The notes beneath the pieces are model-generated. The model did no database searches. It saw only the letters and a program-made list of their open reading frames with translations, and had not been told where the DNA came from. The position numbers and the translations under genes are program-made. A stretch of 64,000 nucleotides of DNA, taken from contig OZ024745.1 of NCBI GenBank assembly GCA_964016885.1, forward strand, positions 110,670,001-110,734,000. The letters are read 5' to 3'. The stretch comes from Eledone cirrhosa. Lineage: Eukaryota. Positions 1 to 13,963 of this stretch are shown in pieces. Numbering within the stretch: position 1 is the stretch's first letter; each line of letters starts with the position of its first letter.

Positions 1-235
1 TGTACGGTTTATAATTTTTTATCCCATTAGTAAAATAAGTTGGATTACTTTGAATAAATAATGAATGAATATTACATAATTTATCTACTAAATTTCATGG
101 CTGTTGATTAAATATATTTTGTTTATTTAAAGATTCACTTTAAAATTTCTGAAATGTCAACACTTCCTGTTGGCCATCGCTTAAATAAACATACTAATTT
201 TCTGTCACTAATTTTCTCCTAATGCAGTTTATATA
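1..235. repeat. Unclassified dispersed repeat, second copy at about 30143-30360
   Basis: tacggtttataattttttatccca...ttttctc(c/a)taatgcagtttatatataat is near-identical at both loci. Confidence 0.85.
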
Positions 236-345
236 TAATTGTTTCTACTTTTGGCACAAGGCCAGCAAATACCCAGTGTATTACTGGTACTTTATTTTAT
301 CAACCCTGTAAGGATGAATGCAAAGTTAACCTTGGCGGGATTCAA
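236..345 (-). mobile_element. SINE-A, 5'-truncated copy
   Basis: Reverse complement of the family motif ctttgcctttcatccttacggggtcgataaaataaagtaccag and its tail. Confidence 0.8.
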
Positions 346-546
346 GCAAAATATATCAATAAATATGAAGATTTAGCTCGAAGTAAAATAAATGAGACAG
401 TACTAAAAAATAAAAAAAGTCAAATCAAGCACCACGTAATGTGTACTACAAGAACAGAAAAGTAGCAACTAGATTGCCAAAGATAATAAATATACACTTT
501 AAGGAATGATGGATTTCATCAAAACAAATGAAAATATATTAATTTA

Positions 547-850
547 CATGTATGTATGGTCCCGTAACTCATGATAGAGTCGTAGAGACACTATATTGAC
601 ATACTGCATTTCTTGGGCATTTTCAGCCTGGTGGAGCCCATTTATCTTCAGGCCTGAGTACAGCAGATTTCTTCCAGAGAAATGAAGAATCGATCCCAGT
701 GCTAGACTGGTACTTATTTTATTGACCTTAAAAGGATGAAAGGCAAAGTTTACCTCGGTGGGATTTGAACTCATAGAGCAGAGAGCTGGAATGAAAAGTA
801 TAAAGTATTCTATCCGACGTTCTAACAACTCTACCAATTCACCGCCTTAA
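547..850 (-). mobile_element. Long SINE-A variant (tRNA-like head, central domain, extended 3' part)
   Basis: B-box-like gagttcaaatccc and the central domain on the minus strand; 3' extension shared with 1075-1210 and about 14740-14860. Confidence 0.75.
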
Positions 851-859
851 TTTACATAC

Positions 860-1210
860 AGGCAGTAAATTGGCAGAGTTGTTAGAATGCCAGATAGAAT
901 GTTTTGCAGTATTTGTTGCAGCTCTCTGCACTCTGAGTTCAAAACACACTGAGGCCAACTTTGCTTTTTATCCTTTTGAGGTTGATAAAAAAAAGTACCA
1001 GTCCAGTATCAGGGTTGATTCTTCCTCAATATCTCTTTCTCACTTCTTTTCTTCCACTTTATCTTTCTTTCCATCTCTAGAAGAAATCTGCTGTGTTTAG
1101 ATCTGGATAGGAGATGTGCTCTTCCAGGTTGTAAAATATTGGCCAAGACATACTACATGTTACTACAGCATCCCTACAACTCCATCAGGAGTTATGGGTC
1201 CATACATACA
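860..1210 (+). mobile_element. Long SINE-A variant, head-to-head with 547-850
   Basis: tggcagagttgttag (A box-like), gagttcaaaa (B box-like), central domain, and 3' part complementary to 550-680. Confidence 0.7.
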
Positions 1211-1344
1211 TATATTTACATACATTTCCATTGTGTAATAAGTCATATAAGTAAAAGGTTTCTTTGAAGAAAGAATATATTTAGAGCTTCAAATATAAAA
1301 TAAGGAATAGCACTCAGAGCTCACAGAACATCTAATTCTTGTAT

Positions 1345-1742
1345 TCTTTTACTCTTTTACTGGTTTCTTTCATTAGACTACGACCATTCTGCTGCATTGC
1401 CCTGAAAGGATTTAGTCAATCATATCAACCCCAGTGCTTATTTTTTTCAAATCAAGTACACTTATTTTATTGATCTCATTTTTGTCAAACTGTTAAGTGA
1501 CAAGACATAGACACAAACACAGGTACATACGTAAATACAAACGCTCACTCACATAAACACACACACACACGTGTGTGTCTATTTATATATAACAGGCTTC
1601 TGCAGTTTCTGTTTACCAAATTCCACTCACAAGACATTCGTCAACATGAGGCTGTAGAAGACACTTGTACATGGTGCTACATAGCAGGACTGAACCTAGA
1701 ACCATATGGTTGCAAAGGGAATTACTTGACCACACAGCAATG
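1345..1742 (-). mobile_element. Octopus-type tRNA/CORE-like SINE with internal (CA)n
   Basis: Terminal tcttttactcttttactggtttc motif, with related ends at 5425-5510 and 12410-12590; tRNA-like head on the minus strand near 1690-1740. Confidence 0.65.
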
Positions 1743-1812
1743 ACTGTGTTTAATTAATAATAATTAAAACAATCACTTCTTATATCAAAATACTGTTATA
1801 AAACTTATTTAA

Positions 1813-2225
1813 CCCTTTAGCATTTATATAACTGTATATTTACTATTGTATTTTTACAGTAAAGGCTTTACCTTACATAATTATCTCACATAAATGTCTC
1901 TACTTTAGGCACAAGGCCAGCAATTACCCAGTGCATTACTGGTACTTTATTTTATCGACCCCCGTAAGGATGAAAGGCAAAGTCAACCTCGGCGGGATTT
2001 GAACTCAGATCGTAAAGGGACGTAACTATGCTGGAAAGCATGGCGTCCGACCCTCTACCGATACTGCCAATCCACCGCCCTTTTATCTCACATAATATCA
2101 AAATTTTATGATTTTGATATTATTTATTTTGAGAACAATACAGTAGAATCAGTATGAGCAGCCGGTTTGAACAGAAAGGGGTGAGAGAATTCTGGCCGGA
2201 TACAACCAGTTTAAATGCAAAAGGG
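1813..2225. mobile_element. piggyBac-like MITE family 1, interrupted by a SINE
   Basis: TTAA|ccctttagcattta ... taaatgcaaaaggg|TTAA; homologous to 18886-19106 and 25357-25790. Confidence 0.85.
1894..2082 (-). mobile_element. Young full-length SINE-A with 13-bp target site duplication (TSD)
   Basis: TSD ttatctcacataa at 1881-1893 and 2083-2095; intact head and central domain. Confidence 0.9.
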
Positions 2226-3039
2226 TTAAACATTAATCTACTTGATTCAAGTAGTTCTTATAGTTTTAATACCATTTTTGAAAAAGTGACAATGACAAAT
2301 TAATTCTTTAACTCTTAACACCCTGTAATGGTTTAATATAAAATATCTAAAAATGAGTTAGTTACTTCAAATGTTTGTCATGTCTTTACTAGTAAACAGA
2401 TCAGTGTGAAAATTCGCTGTCTGAAAGTAAAGACTTTAATTCAAGCATGCATAAACAGACATAAAACGATAATGATGATGATGTCATGATGCTGTTTACT
2501 ACTTTTCAAGAATGTCTTGCTAATGTGGTTTCGTGTGGTACAGGACATTAAGAGTTAAACAAGGAAGCTAATGAATAACACACAAAATAATCAAATACTA
2601 CATAAAAAAATGTTTACAAATCTATATAAAGTAAAAGAATTGGATAGTCCAAATATTGAGTCCTATGATAAAGATTTTTTTTTTAAATTAAATATTCACA
2701 AAAAAATCACAACAAAGAGAGAAAAATCAAAAGATAAAATATTTCTTCCTCTTCTTCATTTTGTTATATTTTCTTTAATTGATCTATTATAGTTTAGTCC
2801 ACATGGTCTTAATTTTGAGGAATTTCTCCAAGTTTTATTTAATTAAGTATAATTTTACTTTCAATGAAACTGATGTTATAGAAGAAATTGTATTATTTGT
2901 ATTATCCAATTAATATGAGCAGACTTCAAAATTACATTCGTCAAACATATTTCAGAAATACAAAGACTTGGAAAATTTAGTGATTATATGTAATGGAGAA
3001 GAGTCACATAATTTCAAATCTGTCATCTTACACATACAC

Positions 3040-3083
3040 ATGTATACATGTATATGTATAGTGGGTATATATATACACTATAC

Positions 3084-3163
<80 letters not shown>

Positions 3164-3270
3164 TATATATATACATACTATATATATACATATGTTCTAT
3201 ATATATGTACTATATATATATATATACACATAGTATATATACACACACACTCACACATATATATATACAC
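3040..3270. repeat. (TA)n/(CA)n microsatellite
   Basis: Direct inspection. Confidence 0.95.
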
Positions 3271-3324
3271 ACCATGCTAGCGTGGAAAATGGACGTTAAA
3301 TGAAGATGATGATGATGATGATGA
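3271..3324 (+). mobile_element. Very short RTE-type 3' tail with (GAT)n end
   Basis: accatgctagcgtggaaaatggacgttaaa(tga)n; a related tail ends the RTE ORF remnant at 12615-13100. Confidence 0.8.
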
Positions 3325-4731
3325 CACACACACACACACACATGCGCACTTACACATCCAGGAATCTTTTTTAAATGAAATGAAATGAAATAAAATAGAA
3401 AACATTTCGACTAATGAAAGATATTTTTTGAAATGTTTAATCTAGAAATTCTCTTTTCATCACCATATGCAAGCTGAGTTTTCTATAACATTTTATTTTA
3501 AGCAGATAATTTCTGAGTTCATTTGGTATAAGGGTCTGGTTAGCATTTTGTCTTCTTTCGAATTTTGTTTGAAATGCTTTGTTGTTGTTTTTTGTTGTTT
3601 TTTTTAAATAATTGTTTGAATTTGTTTTGTTTTATTTTTATTTTTTTGTCTAATTGACAGATGTTTTCACCATTATAATATTTGTCCATGTCTTTTACTT
3701 ATTAGTCATGCAACATAAAACTCTTTAATTAAGTACAACACCATCCAGCTGCCCAATACAATTGTCTAACTAGAAACCAATAATAGAAACAAATAAATAA
3801 ACAAATAAATAATAAATAAATATTATTGTTTTCAGTATTGTTGATGAAGGGAATTGAAATCTTTCTCGGTAATCTAAGAGGGGTTTTCTAGAGTTTAGAG
3901 ATATGCTATAATTTATTATCAGCGATGTAACCATTAATGAAAATATGAAAATACATAAAAGAGCACTATCAGCAGAAAATATGGTTTTTACAGTCAGAGA
4001 GAAAATTTGATCATATAGCAATATAAAAAGAGAATAAAAGAAACAGAACAAAAAAATTGTCTTTATTCTGACAAAAAACATATAAAAGAACAGCAGTGTG
4101 GTTATTTGTTTCTATATTTAATTTAAAAAATAAACTATACAAAAAATAGAAAAATAAAAATATCTAATATATAAATTAAAAATATATGAATCAATCAATC
4201 AATCCACTTGAAAGCAAATTTACACAATATTTCATCAATAGCATACAAATAATATATTGATTAATTTCATGCAATTTTGTCACAGCAGAATATTCTCAAA
4301 AAGCCTGAGAATAATTCACTTTTTTCACAATATCTATCTAACAATTAAAGTACATATATAATAGATAGAAAGAAATAATGAGAGTAATAAATAAATCTGG
4401 TGATTTACAATAATTGGAAGCGATCTAAGACACAATATAGTAAATTTATTCAGACTTCCATCTTTATTATATTATTCAGAATCTCATCTGACCATCGAGA
4501 GTATGAATGAGTATGACAATAAAATAGGGCAAGATAAAAAAAGATTATATATGCATATATACATATATATAAGAAATAATTTAGGACCCCGACGGCTAAG
4601 CTCTGGCCATTTCAACAGCTAGATCCAAAAATCGGGTGTCTTGAATTATTTCATATTACCCACTCTACTACCCAAAGTATCAAGTACTCTGGTGAGTAAT
4701 GGTTAAACTGGTTTTTACTGCCTCCTATCTG

Positions 4732-4766
<35 letters not shown>

Positions 4767-4783
4767 CATATGTGTGTGTGATT

Positions 4784-4866
4784 CTAAAATTGGAACGATA
4801 CAGAGAAGATTGGCATGACCCTTGCGCAAGGATGACACGCAAATTCGTGAAGCATTCCATATTTTT
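4784..4866 (+). pseudogene. RNU6: U6 snRNA pseudogene, 5'-truncated (lacks about the first 24 nt)
   Basis: ctaaaattggaacgatACAGAGAagattggcatgacccttgcgcaaggatgacacgcaaattcgtgaagcattccatattttt matches metazoan U6 with a few substitutions; 5' stem-loop missing and microsatellite directly upstream. Confidence 0.95.
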
Positions 4867-5029
4867 AGATGGTGTTAGGAAGGGCATCTAGCTATAGAAA
4901 CCAAGCCAAAATCTGCCCTCGGTGAGCTAAACATAGTCTTCTGACCTGATTCTCTCTATAAGGGTCAACCCATCCTATCCATGCTAACGTGCAAGATGGA
5001 CGTTAAATGATGATGATGATTATGATGAT
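4867..5029 (+). mobile_element. RTE-tailed retroelement 3' end fused to U6
   Basis: ggtgttaggaagggcatc...ccatgctaacgtgcaagatggacgttaaa(tga)n; homologous to 18567-18735 and 59077-59240. Confidence 0.85.
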
Positions 5030-5519
5030 ATATATGTATATATAGATCAGGATGGATTCTGTTAGAAACTGGTTGGACCATTACTCACCAGAGTATTCGA
5101 TACTTGGGATAGTTGAGTATGGTTATATGAATGAGTCAGGACCCCGACGGCTGAGCTGTTGCTGTTTCAACAGCTAGTTCCAGAGTCTAGAACTAGCTGT
5201 TGAAATAGGGGAGACTGGGTGCTTTTTGTTGTCATCAGCATAACCACCTTACAGTGTGGTCTCAATGTTTTTTGTCATAGTGGCACACTATTCCCAGAAA
5301 AAGAAATAGATGGAATGGTCATGGTTGGGATGCCTTTAATTCATAGGTCTCCTGAATCAGGCTAGCTAATTAACAACTATTTTATTAGTTGTTAATTATT
5401 TGCTGTTTTTTATTTGTTTATTCTTTTACTCTTTTACTGGTTTCAGTCATCAAAATGCAGCCATACTGGAGCAACAATTGGATCAAGTCATTCATATTGA
5501 TCTCAGTATTTATATATAT

Positions 5520-6000
5520 AGGAGAGTCTAGATGAAGTTAGTATGCAACTAACTAGTTCAGAAGAGAAAATAGATAGTAGTGGCAACAGAATTAGCAGAA
5601 AGGAAGAGAATGGCAGAGAGTCAGGCTGATAGTATATCTGTGGATGAAAGGTTATACTGTGTTGGTGAACAAGTTCCACTTGGTTGAATGGACAATCTGG
5701 AGACAGGATTAAAAGTTGTTTGCATGTAGCAATGACAGCATTGTCATAGATACAAGAGCAGAACTTCCTTGTATTTATTTTACTAGTGTCTTGATGAGAA
5801 AAAGAAAAGATCAGCAGCTGACCAGTGCAGAAGGAACATTTTCTAGTACTGAAAAATAAAGCTTCTTGTTTTGGTGGAAGAAGAAGTTTTAGGTATGGTA
5901 TGTTTGTGGAGAATGCAGTTTTAGGCGCGTTTTGTTGGTGTGGTCACCAGGAGAGGACATTAAAGATTGTGTTATCTCGTATTTGTATTAACTTCGAGTT
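5520..6000 (-). mobile_element. Possible highly decayed LINE fragment (CR1/Jockey group)
   Basis: Only weak C-terminal-like peptide patches on the minus strand; many stops. Confidence 0.25.
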
Positions 6001-6241
6001 GAACATAACACCATAAAATCTCTCTCAACTCAAAATTATGTATAATCTAACAAAATGTGCTCTGGGTTCAAATTACACCATGGTCAATTTTGCCTTTTAT
6101 CCTTTCAGGATTGGTCAAATAATGCCAGTTGAGAGCAGTGGATTCGCAGAATTGTTAAATGATATTTGTTCTTTGTGTTCTGAGTTCAAATCCAACAATG
6201 GCCTATTTGGTTGATAGACTCAATCCATTTATGGTTTAACA

Positions 6242-6560
6242 CAGGGGTATGCAACATATTCCATTGGCGGGCCACTTTTGAACATTGGAAAAACTATCAG
6301 GGCCATTAATATTTATTAAGCACTATTCCAAAGATCCACCACAACTTCTTTCCATAAAATGGAACTGGGAAATTATAACACACATAACCCTATCAGTGAA
6401 ACCCTTTAGTATAGGTCAACTAACAGAACGTTGTATTACGGTTATGAAAAAAATTCTAAATACGCCTACAAGGTAAAAATTAAAAACGGACATTGCAGGC
6501 CACTCTGACTGGTCTGGCTGGTTGGATTGTGGCCCGTGGGCCACCTGTTTCACCCCCCTG
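6242..6560. mobile_element. hAT (Charlie-like) MITE
   Basis: Termini CAGGGG...CCCCTG, subterminal gcgggcc/ggcccgtgggcc motifs, perfect 8-bp TSD gtttaaca at 6234-6241 and 6561-6568. Confidence 0.9.
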
Positions 6561-7164
6561 GTTTAACACCACCACCTGGCACCTTGGATACTTTTAGTAG
6601 AGATCACTCAGTTGCAAGTATTTATGTCAGATTTCTGGTTTAAGGATACTATCCATCTTTACCCTCACCATTCCCAAATGGCCTGAAAAGGGGTCATGGA
6701 CACCACACATCCCTCACAAACTAAACAGTTTTAAAAGATTAAAAAAAAAAAATAAATAAATAACGATTTCTAAGTTAGGCACAAGACCAACAAGTTGTGA
6801 GAAGGTAAATTTGACTATATTGACTCCAATATTTTACTGGTACTTGAGCATAGTCATTAAAGCATTGGATAAATGCTTTGCAATATTTGTTCCTGCTCTT
6901 TGCATTCTGGGTTCAAATCCTATTGAGTTCAACTTTGCCTTTCATTCTTTCAAGGTTGATAAAATAATCACTCACTCTTTTAGGAAAAGTACTAACCATT
7001 AGCTCAGACCATGTTTCCATTGCTGTTACTATTTGTCAGTCACAACTCATGGCTGAAGAATCAACATGAAAAGTATTTTGCTTGAGAACAGATCATGCAA
7101 ACTGATCCAGGAATGGAATTCACAACCTTATGATCATGAGTTCAACACTCCATTAAGCCAGATA

Positions 7165-7445
7165 CCTTCTCCTTCTTCTTCTTCACCCACTTATTCCAGA
7201 GAGGGTCATGGGGGCAGAGTCCTCAAACACTCCATTCCAGCGGGTCCTGTCAGAAGCAACCATCTCCAACTGATCTGGCTGGATCCCCAAGTGAGATCAG
7301 CCAAGCTCATGGATGTTATCCAACCATCTTGCTCGGGGTCTACCTCTGGGTCTCCTGTAAAATCTGTCCAGTTATTCTTTCCTGAAACATTCTAACCACA
7401 TGCCCATAGTATCAGAGCTGTGATCTCTCAATTTGGAGAAGTGCT
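7165..7445 (-). mobile_element. RTE-clade (Rex3/Expander-like) LINE 3' fragment with (GAA)n tail
   Basis: Minus-strand translation LLQIERSQL*YYGHVVRM...RPRGRPRARWLDNIHELG*SHLGIQPDQLEMVASDR; shorter copies at 30850-30990 and 56893-57022. Confidence 0.85.
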
Positions 7446-7599
7446 TTCACTCAACAAAAGCAAATAACAGATTCGTAGATGATCTTAAGAATTAGGGAGT
7501 GTCTAGTTTCCATGTATCTTCAAGTAAAATAATGCCCCTATGCTTTAAGTATGACTATAAACACTCAGAGGTCAGATAGAGTCTGAAAAAGATGTAGAT

Positions 7600-7705
7600 A
7601 TATACAGATGTATACAGATGTATACAGATTTACACAGATGTATACAGATGTATATAGATATATATACAGATATATACAGATATAGAGAGATATATACAGA
7701 TGTAC
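7600..7705. repeat. 10-bp tandem repeat (tatacagatg)n
   Basis: Direct inspection. Confidence 0.85.
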
Positions 7706-7899
7706 AAAGTAAATATGAGTATAAACTGCTGATTGTTTTACACTCCTTTTAGCATCAATAAAACAGATTGAAAATTACATTTTTCTCCTTTATTTTTAAT
7801 CTCAATATTTTATTAGATTATGAAAATTATGCCAAGGATAAGTACATAAAAGAATATAATTATCTTGTCTGCTGAACTTGCTTTATTTATATTCGTTCA

Positions 7900-8640
<741 letters not shown>

Positions 8641-9468
8641 CCTAAAAACGTAATAACAAACAAAACAGGGTTTTCCCAATGAATGGAAATAGGAAATATA
8701 TCAAAGTTCCCTCTGTCTATTTTTTTTTAAACTGCTGCAGTCTTTTATTTTTTTCCTTTATTGTATTATTTATTATAAAAAGCAATCTATTCTGTTTCAT
8801 TTTCACTGAAATAATTTAAAAATGAAACAATGATTTTTAAATATGATATAGCTACTTGAATTTTTATTATCAGAAGATAAAATATGAAAATAACTGTAGA
8901 ATTCATAATGCAAATGGGGATTTCATGTATTTGTTTATGCATTTATTGTTTATAGTTAAATGAATCTCAATTACCAATATAATTGTTGTTGTTATGTTAT
9001 TCTCTCTTCTCTCGGCATTTATAAATATTTGTTAGCTCCAGTGCAATAATAGTTGCCATAAGTTTTATTCATTTACATCAAAGTAACGAACAAAAAGACG
9101 CTTATCTTTCAACCAAAATAAATAACTAATAGTGAATATTTGAAGGAAATATATATAATGTTATATATTCACATATATATAATTTCATACATATATATAT
9201 GATTCATACATATATATAATTTATACCCATATATACACAGACACATATATATATAACCCGTGCTAACGTGGAAGATGGACATTAAACAATCATGATGATG
9301 ATGATATATATATATATATATATGTATATATATTAATATATATATTAATTTACATATATGGATATATATATATATATTAATATATATATATATTATATAT
9401 ATATATTATATATATATATACATATATATATATACATATATATTATATATACATATAAATATATATAC

Positions 9469-9575
<107 letters not shown>

Positions 9576-9854
9576 TATATATATATATATGATGGACATA
9601 GATATAAAATGTACATAATATATTCACTAAACATATGTTCAGATTAAAATTATGTTTGTGAGTCTGTATGTGTGTCCATGTATGTGTTCATGTATGTATG
9701 CATTTGTGTGTATATGCACACTTATACACTAATACATGCACATGCAAATATATATATATATATATATATATATCTACATATATATCATCATCATCACCGT
9801 TTTACGTCCGTTCTTCCACGTTAGCATGGGTTAGACGGGTATATATATATATAT

Positions 9855-10234
9855 AATTGTTTCTACTTTAGGCACAAGGCCAGCAGTTACCCAGTACATT
9901 ACTGGTACTTTATTTTATCGACCCCGTAAAGATGAAAGGCAAAGTTAACCTCGGCGGGATTTGAACTCGGACTGTAAAGGGACGTAACTATGCTAGAAAG
10001 CATGGCGTCCAACCCTCTACCGATACTGCCAATTCACCATATATATATAATTGTTTCTACTTTTGGCACAAGGCCAGCAATTACTCAGTGTATTACTGGT
10101 ACTTTATTTTATCGACCCCGTAAGGATGAAAGGCAAAGTTAACCTCGGCAGGATTTGAACTCAGAATGGCAAGGGCCGTAACTCTATGCGTCAAAGCATG
10201 GCGTCCGACCCTCTACCGATACTGCCAATCCACC
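9855..10234 (-). mobile_element. Two tandem young SINE-A copies (9855-10038 and 10048-10234) in (TA)n
   Basis: Both full length, separated by a short (TA)n tract. Confidence 0.9.
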
Positions 10235-10309
10235 ATATATATAATATTTGCCAAACATATGCTCAGATTAAAATTGTCCTTAATGTATTTTGCTGTTGCG
10301 TTCTTTCTT

Positions 10310-11280
<971 letters not shown>

Positions 11281-11910
11281 GTGTGTGTGTTTGTGTAGTT
11301 GTATGAATATGTGTACATTCATACGAATGCTTTGCTTACATGTTCAACTACAAGAATATATTGATACATGTATCATATACAAGTTTGCTTATTATTACAA
11401 CTAATAAATAGGAATACAAATGAAAGCAGATATAAACATATAGACATTATCACACTTTCACATCCCTCGCTCTATCTCCTTCTGTCTCTCTCTCTCTCTC
11501 TCTTTTAACCTTACAATCTATTTATCTATCTTTATATTACATTTCCCCAACTCCCAATACATCCCTGTTCATTCACACAAATACAAACAGACATTACACA
11601 GGAAACAAACATAAGCACAGACCAATATTTTATACATTTGACAAACAAGCACTATTAATTAAATGATAGGCATGTTATGATGCTTGTGAACTTTGGTGGA
11701 TCTACCTCAGTTGATTTATTAAATAAAAGATATAATTACTTTTGAGAGCAGTCGTGTTGTTGTGGCTGACAAAATGTTTTAACATTGGAGTATAAAAATA
11801 ATTGGCAATTCGATGGAGTAGAAGGGAAGGAAGGAAGAACAGGAATATTGATAGAGATAGAGATAAAGGTAGAGATAGATAGATAGATAGATTAATAAAG
11901 AGGGAAAGTG

Positions 11911-11964
<54 letters not shown>

Positions 11965-12614
11965 GCAGATAATGGAAGAGGCAAACAGAATGAGAAGCTG
12001 ACAGAGAGATAGAAGAAGAGAGAGAAAGGGAGAAAGAGAAATGCATGTATTTTAAAAATATTGATTCCAATAAAATTAAATAGAAATGAAGAATATGAAG
12101 GAAGAACAAAACATCCCATAGGTAAAGGCAAAATGAATTAGACATTATAACACTAGCAGGAAAAACAATTATAGTGTTCTCCTGACAATAAAATTAACTT
12201 AGGAAACAATTGCAATCATTCTGTGATGAGCACAGTTTTCTGTGAAATTTATTGGTAAGTTATACTTATTATTCAAAACTATAACTGCCGTTTTAGACTT
12301 TAATCAGCTTATATTGTTTACTAGGCTAAAAGCCAGAAGGAATGACAATCAAAAGGTCTGTTTGCATTTTAATTCCCAATATGGAGTCTTTTTCATCATT
12401 ATTTTATTCTGTTTTATTTTATTCAATTCAGTCAATATAATGAGGCCATGCTGGGGCACCGCCATGAAGAGATTTAGACAATCATATTGACCCCAGGAGG
12501 GTTTTTTTTTAAATATAATCTGGTACTTTCTTTTTATTGATCTCTATTTGTCAGACTGCTAAGTTACAGGACATAAATAAATACCACCAGGGACACACAT
12601 ACACACACATACGT

Positions 12615-13100
12615 TCTCATCATCATATCATCATCATTATCATCATTTTATATCCACTTTTCTATGCTTGCATGGGTTGGAATGGTCTTTTCCAGCACTG
12701 CATCCCTCCATTCATTTTATTCCTTTGTCATCTCCTTGATGAGTATTTTCAGAGCAGCTCTCACATTCCTTGCTTTACATTGGGATTTTCTGGCATTTCT
12801 TTACCCAATGATTATCCTCCATATGTATCACATGTCCATACCAACACAATTTCCACTCCTGCACACTATATCTGATTCCTCTTATACTCATTTTTTCTTT
12901 CGGCTCATTTTGCTTTGTTATTCATGCTCATTAACATTGCACATCCATCAAAACATGTTTGCTTTATTTCTCTCTGGCCATTGAATATCGTTTACATTCA
13001 CAGCCCATATCTCATTATCATGCAACATCGCACATCGCATGCAGGCATCATAAAACTGGCCTTACATTCATTGAGAAACCTTTTGTTTTCAACAGAGGTA
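12615..13100 (-). mobile_element. Decayed RTE LINE 3' end (ORF remnant plus (GAT)n tail)
   Basis: Minus-strand translation FYDACMRCAMLHDNEIWAV...IRGIRYSVQEWKLCWYGHVIHMEDNHWVKKC...EWRDAVLEK, then aacccatgcaagcatagaaaagtggatataaaa(tga)n. Confidence 0.8.
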
Positions 13101-13577
13101 ACTCACTCCACCCCCCTCCCACCAAATTGCTGGTCTTGTGCCTAAAGTAGAAACAATTGTTATTGTTATAGATGCAAAGCTATATCAGTGACTCAAGGGC
13201 TCGGAGTTTTATGTTTAACATGCTCTTGAACACTATTTTGAAGGGTTCATTAAACACAAAACACCTGGCCCCTGAGTCAGGTTAAGGGAGAAGCAGCTAG
13301 GTAGTAACCTCTTAAACTATAATTCTTTTAACTATCTATATACTATCAAAACTCTGTGATTGTGTGCTTCTCTGAAATTTAATACAGCCAAAACAGCACA
13401 TAATGGAAAAATACTTTGAAAGGATGTTGCCCCTGAAATGGGAATACAAATGGAAAAAAATAAGTTTCGCGTAAATCGGGGCACGGGATCCTGAGATATG
13501 GGATTTTTCTGAGTACCTTCATAAATAGAGAAAGAGAAAGAGATAGTGGTTGTGAGAGAGTAGAATGAAAGAAAGAA

Positions 13578-13619
<42 letters not shown>

Positions 13620-13963
13620 TGAGAGAGAGAGGGAGAGACAGAAGACAGAGAAGGAAAATGGAAGAGAGACACACACATATATATATATATATATGGGCCT
13701 TTCAATTTCATTTTACATTATATATATGTCTGTGTATATTTTAATTATCTAAAAATTATTTCTAAGTGAACGTGACCCAATGGGTCACAATTGATCTAGT
13801 AATCTATAAAACTGATGAGTATTTTGTTGTTGTTGTTGTTGCCTAATCAAATTGTTGCCTTTGATTTCTCAGGGATTCGGCTATTGGGGCAAGAAAGGGA
13901 GGCAGTTATTCTCAAACAAGAGACTTGCCTTTGAATTCATGCAACAGTGTGATGTCGACTCCC

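Larger units (their letters stand above)
4570..5211 (-). mobile_element. Penelope-like/retrozyme-like remnant: inverted arms plus two HHR remnants
   Basis: Arms at about 4650-4733 and 5046-5131 are imperfect reverse complements; direct repeat ggaccccgacggct at 4584 and 5139 reads GAAA-helix III-GTC-ggggtcc on the minus strand. Confidence 0.55.

Noticed and set aside
4784-4866. Functional U6 gene
   Set aside because: 5' stem-loop missing, substitutions at conserved positions, and microsatellite where the promoter should be
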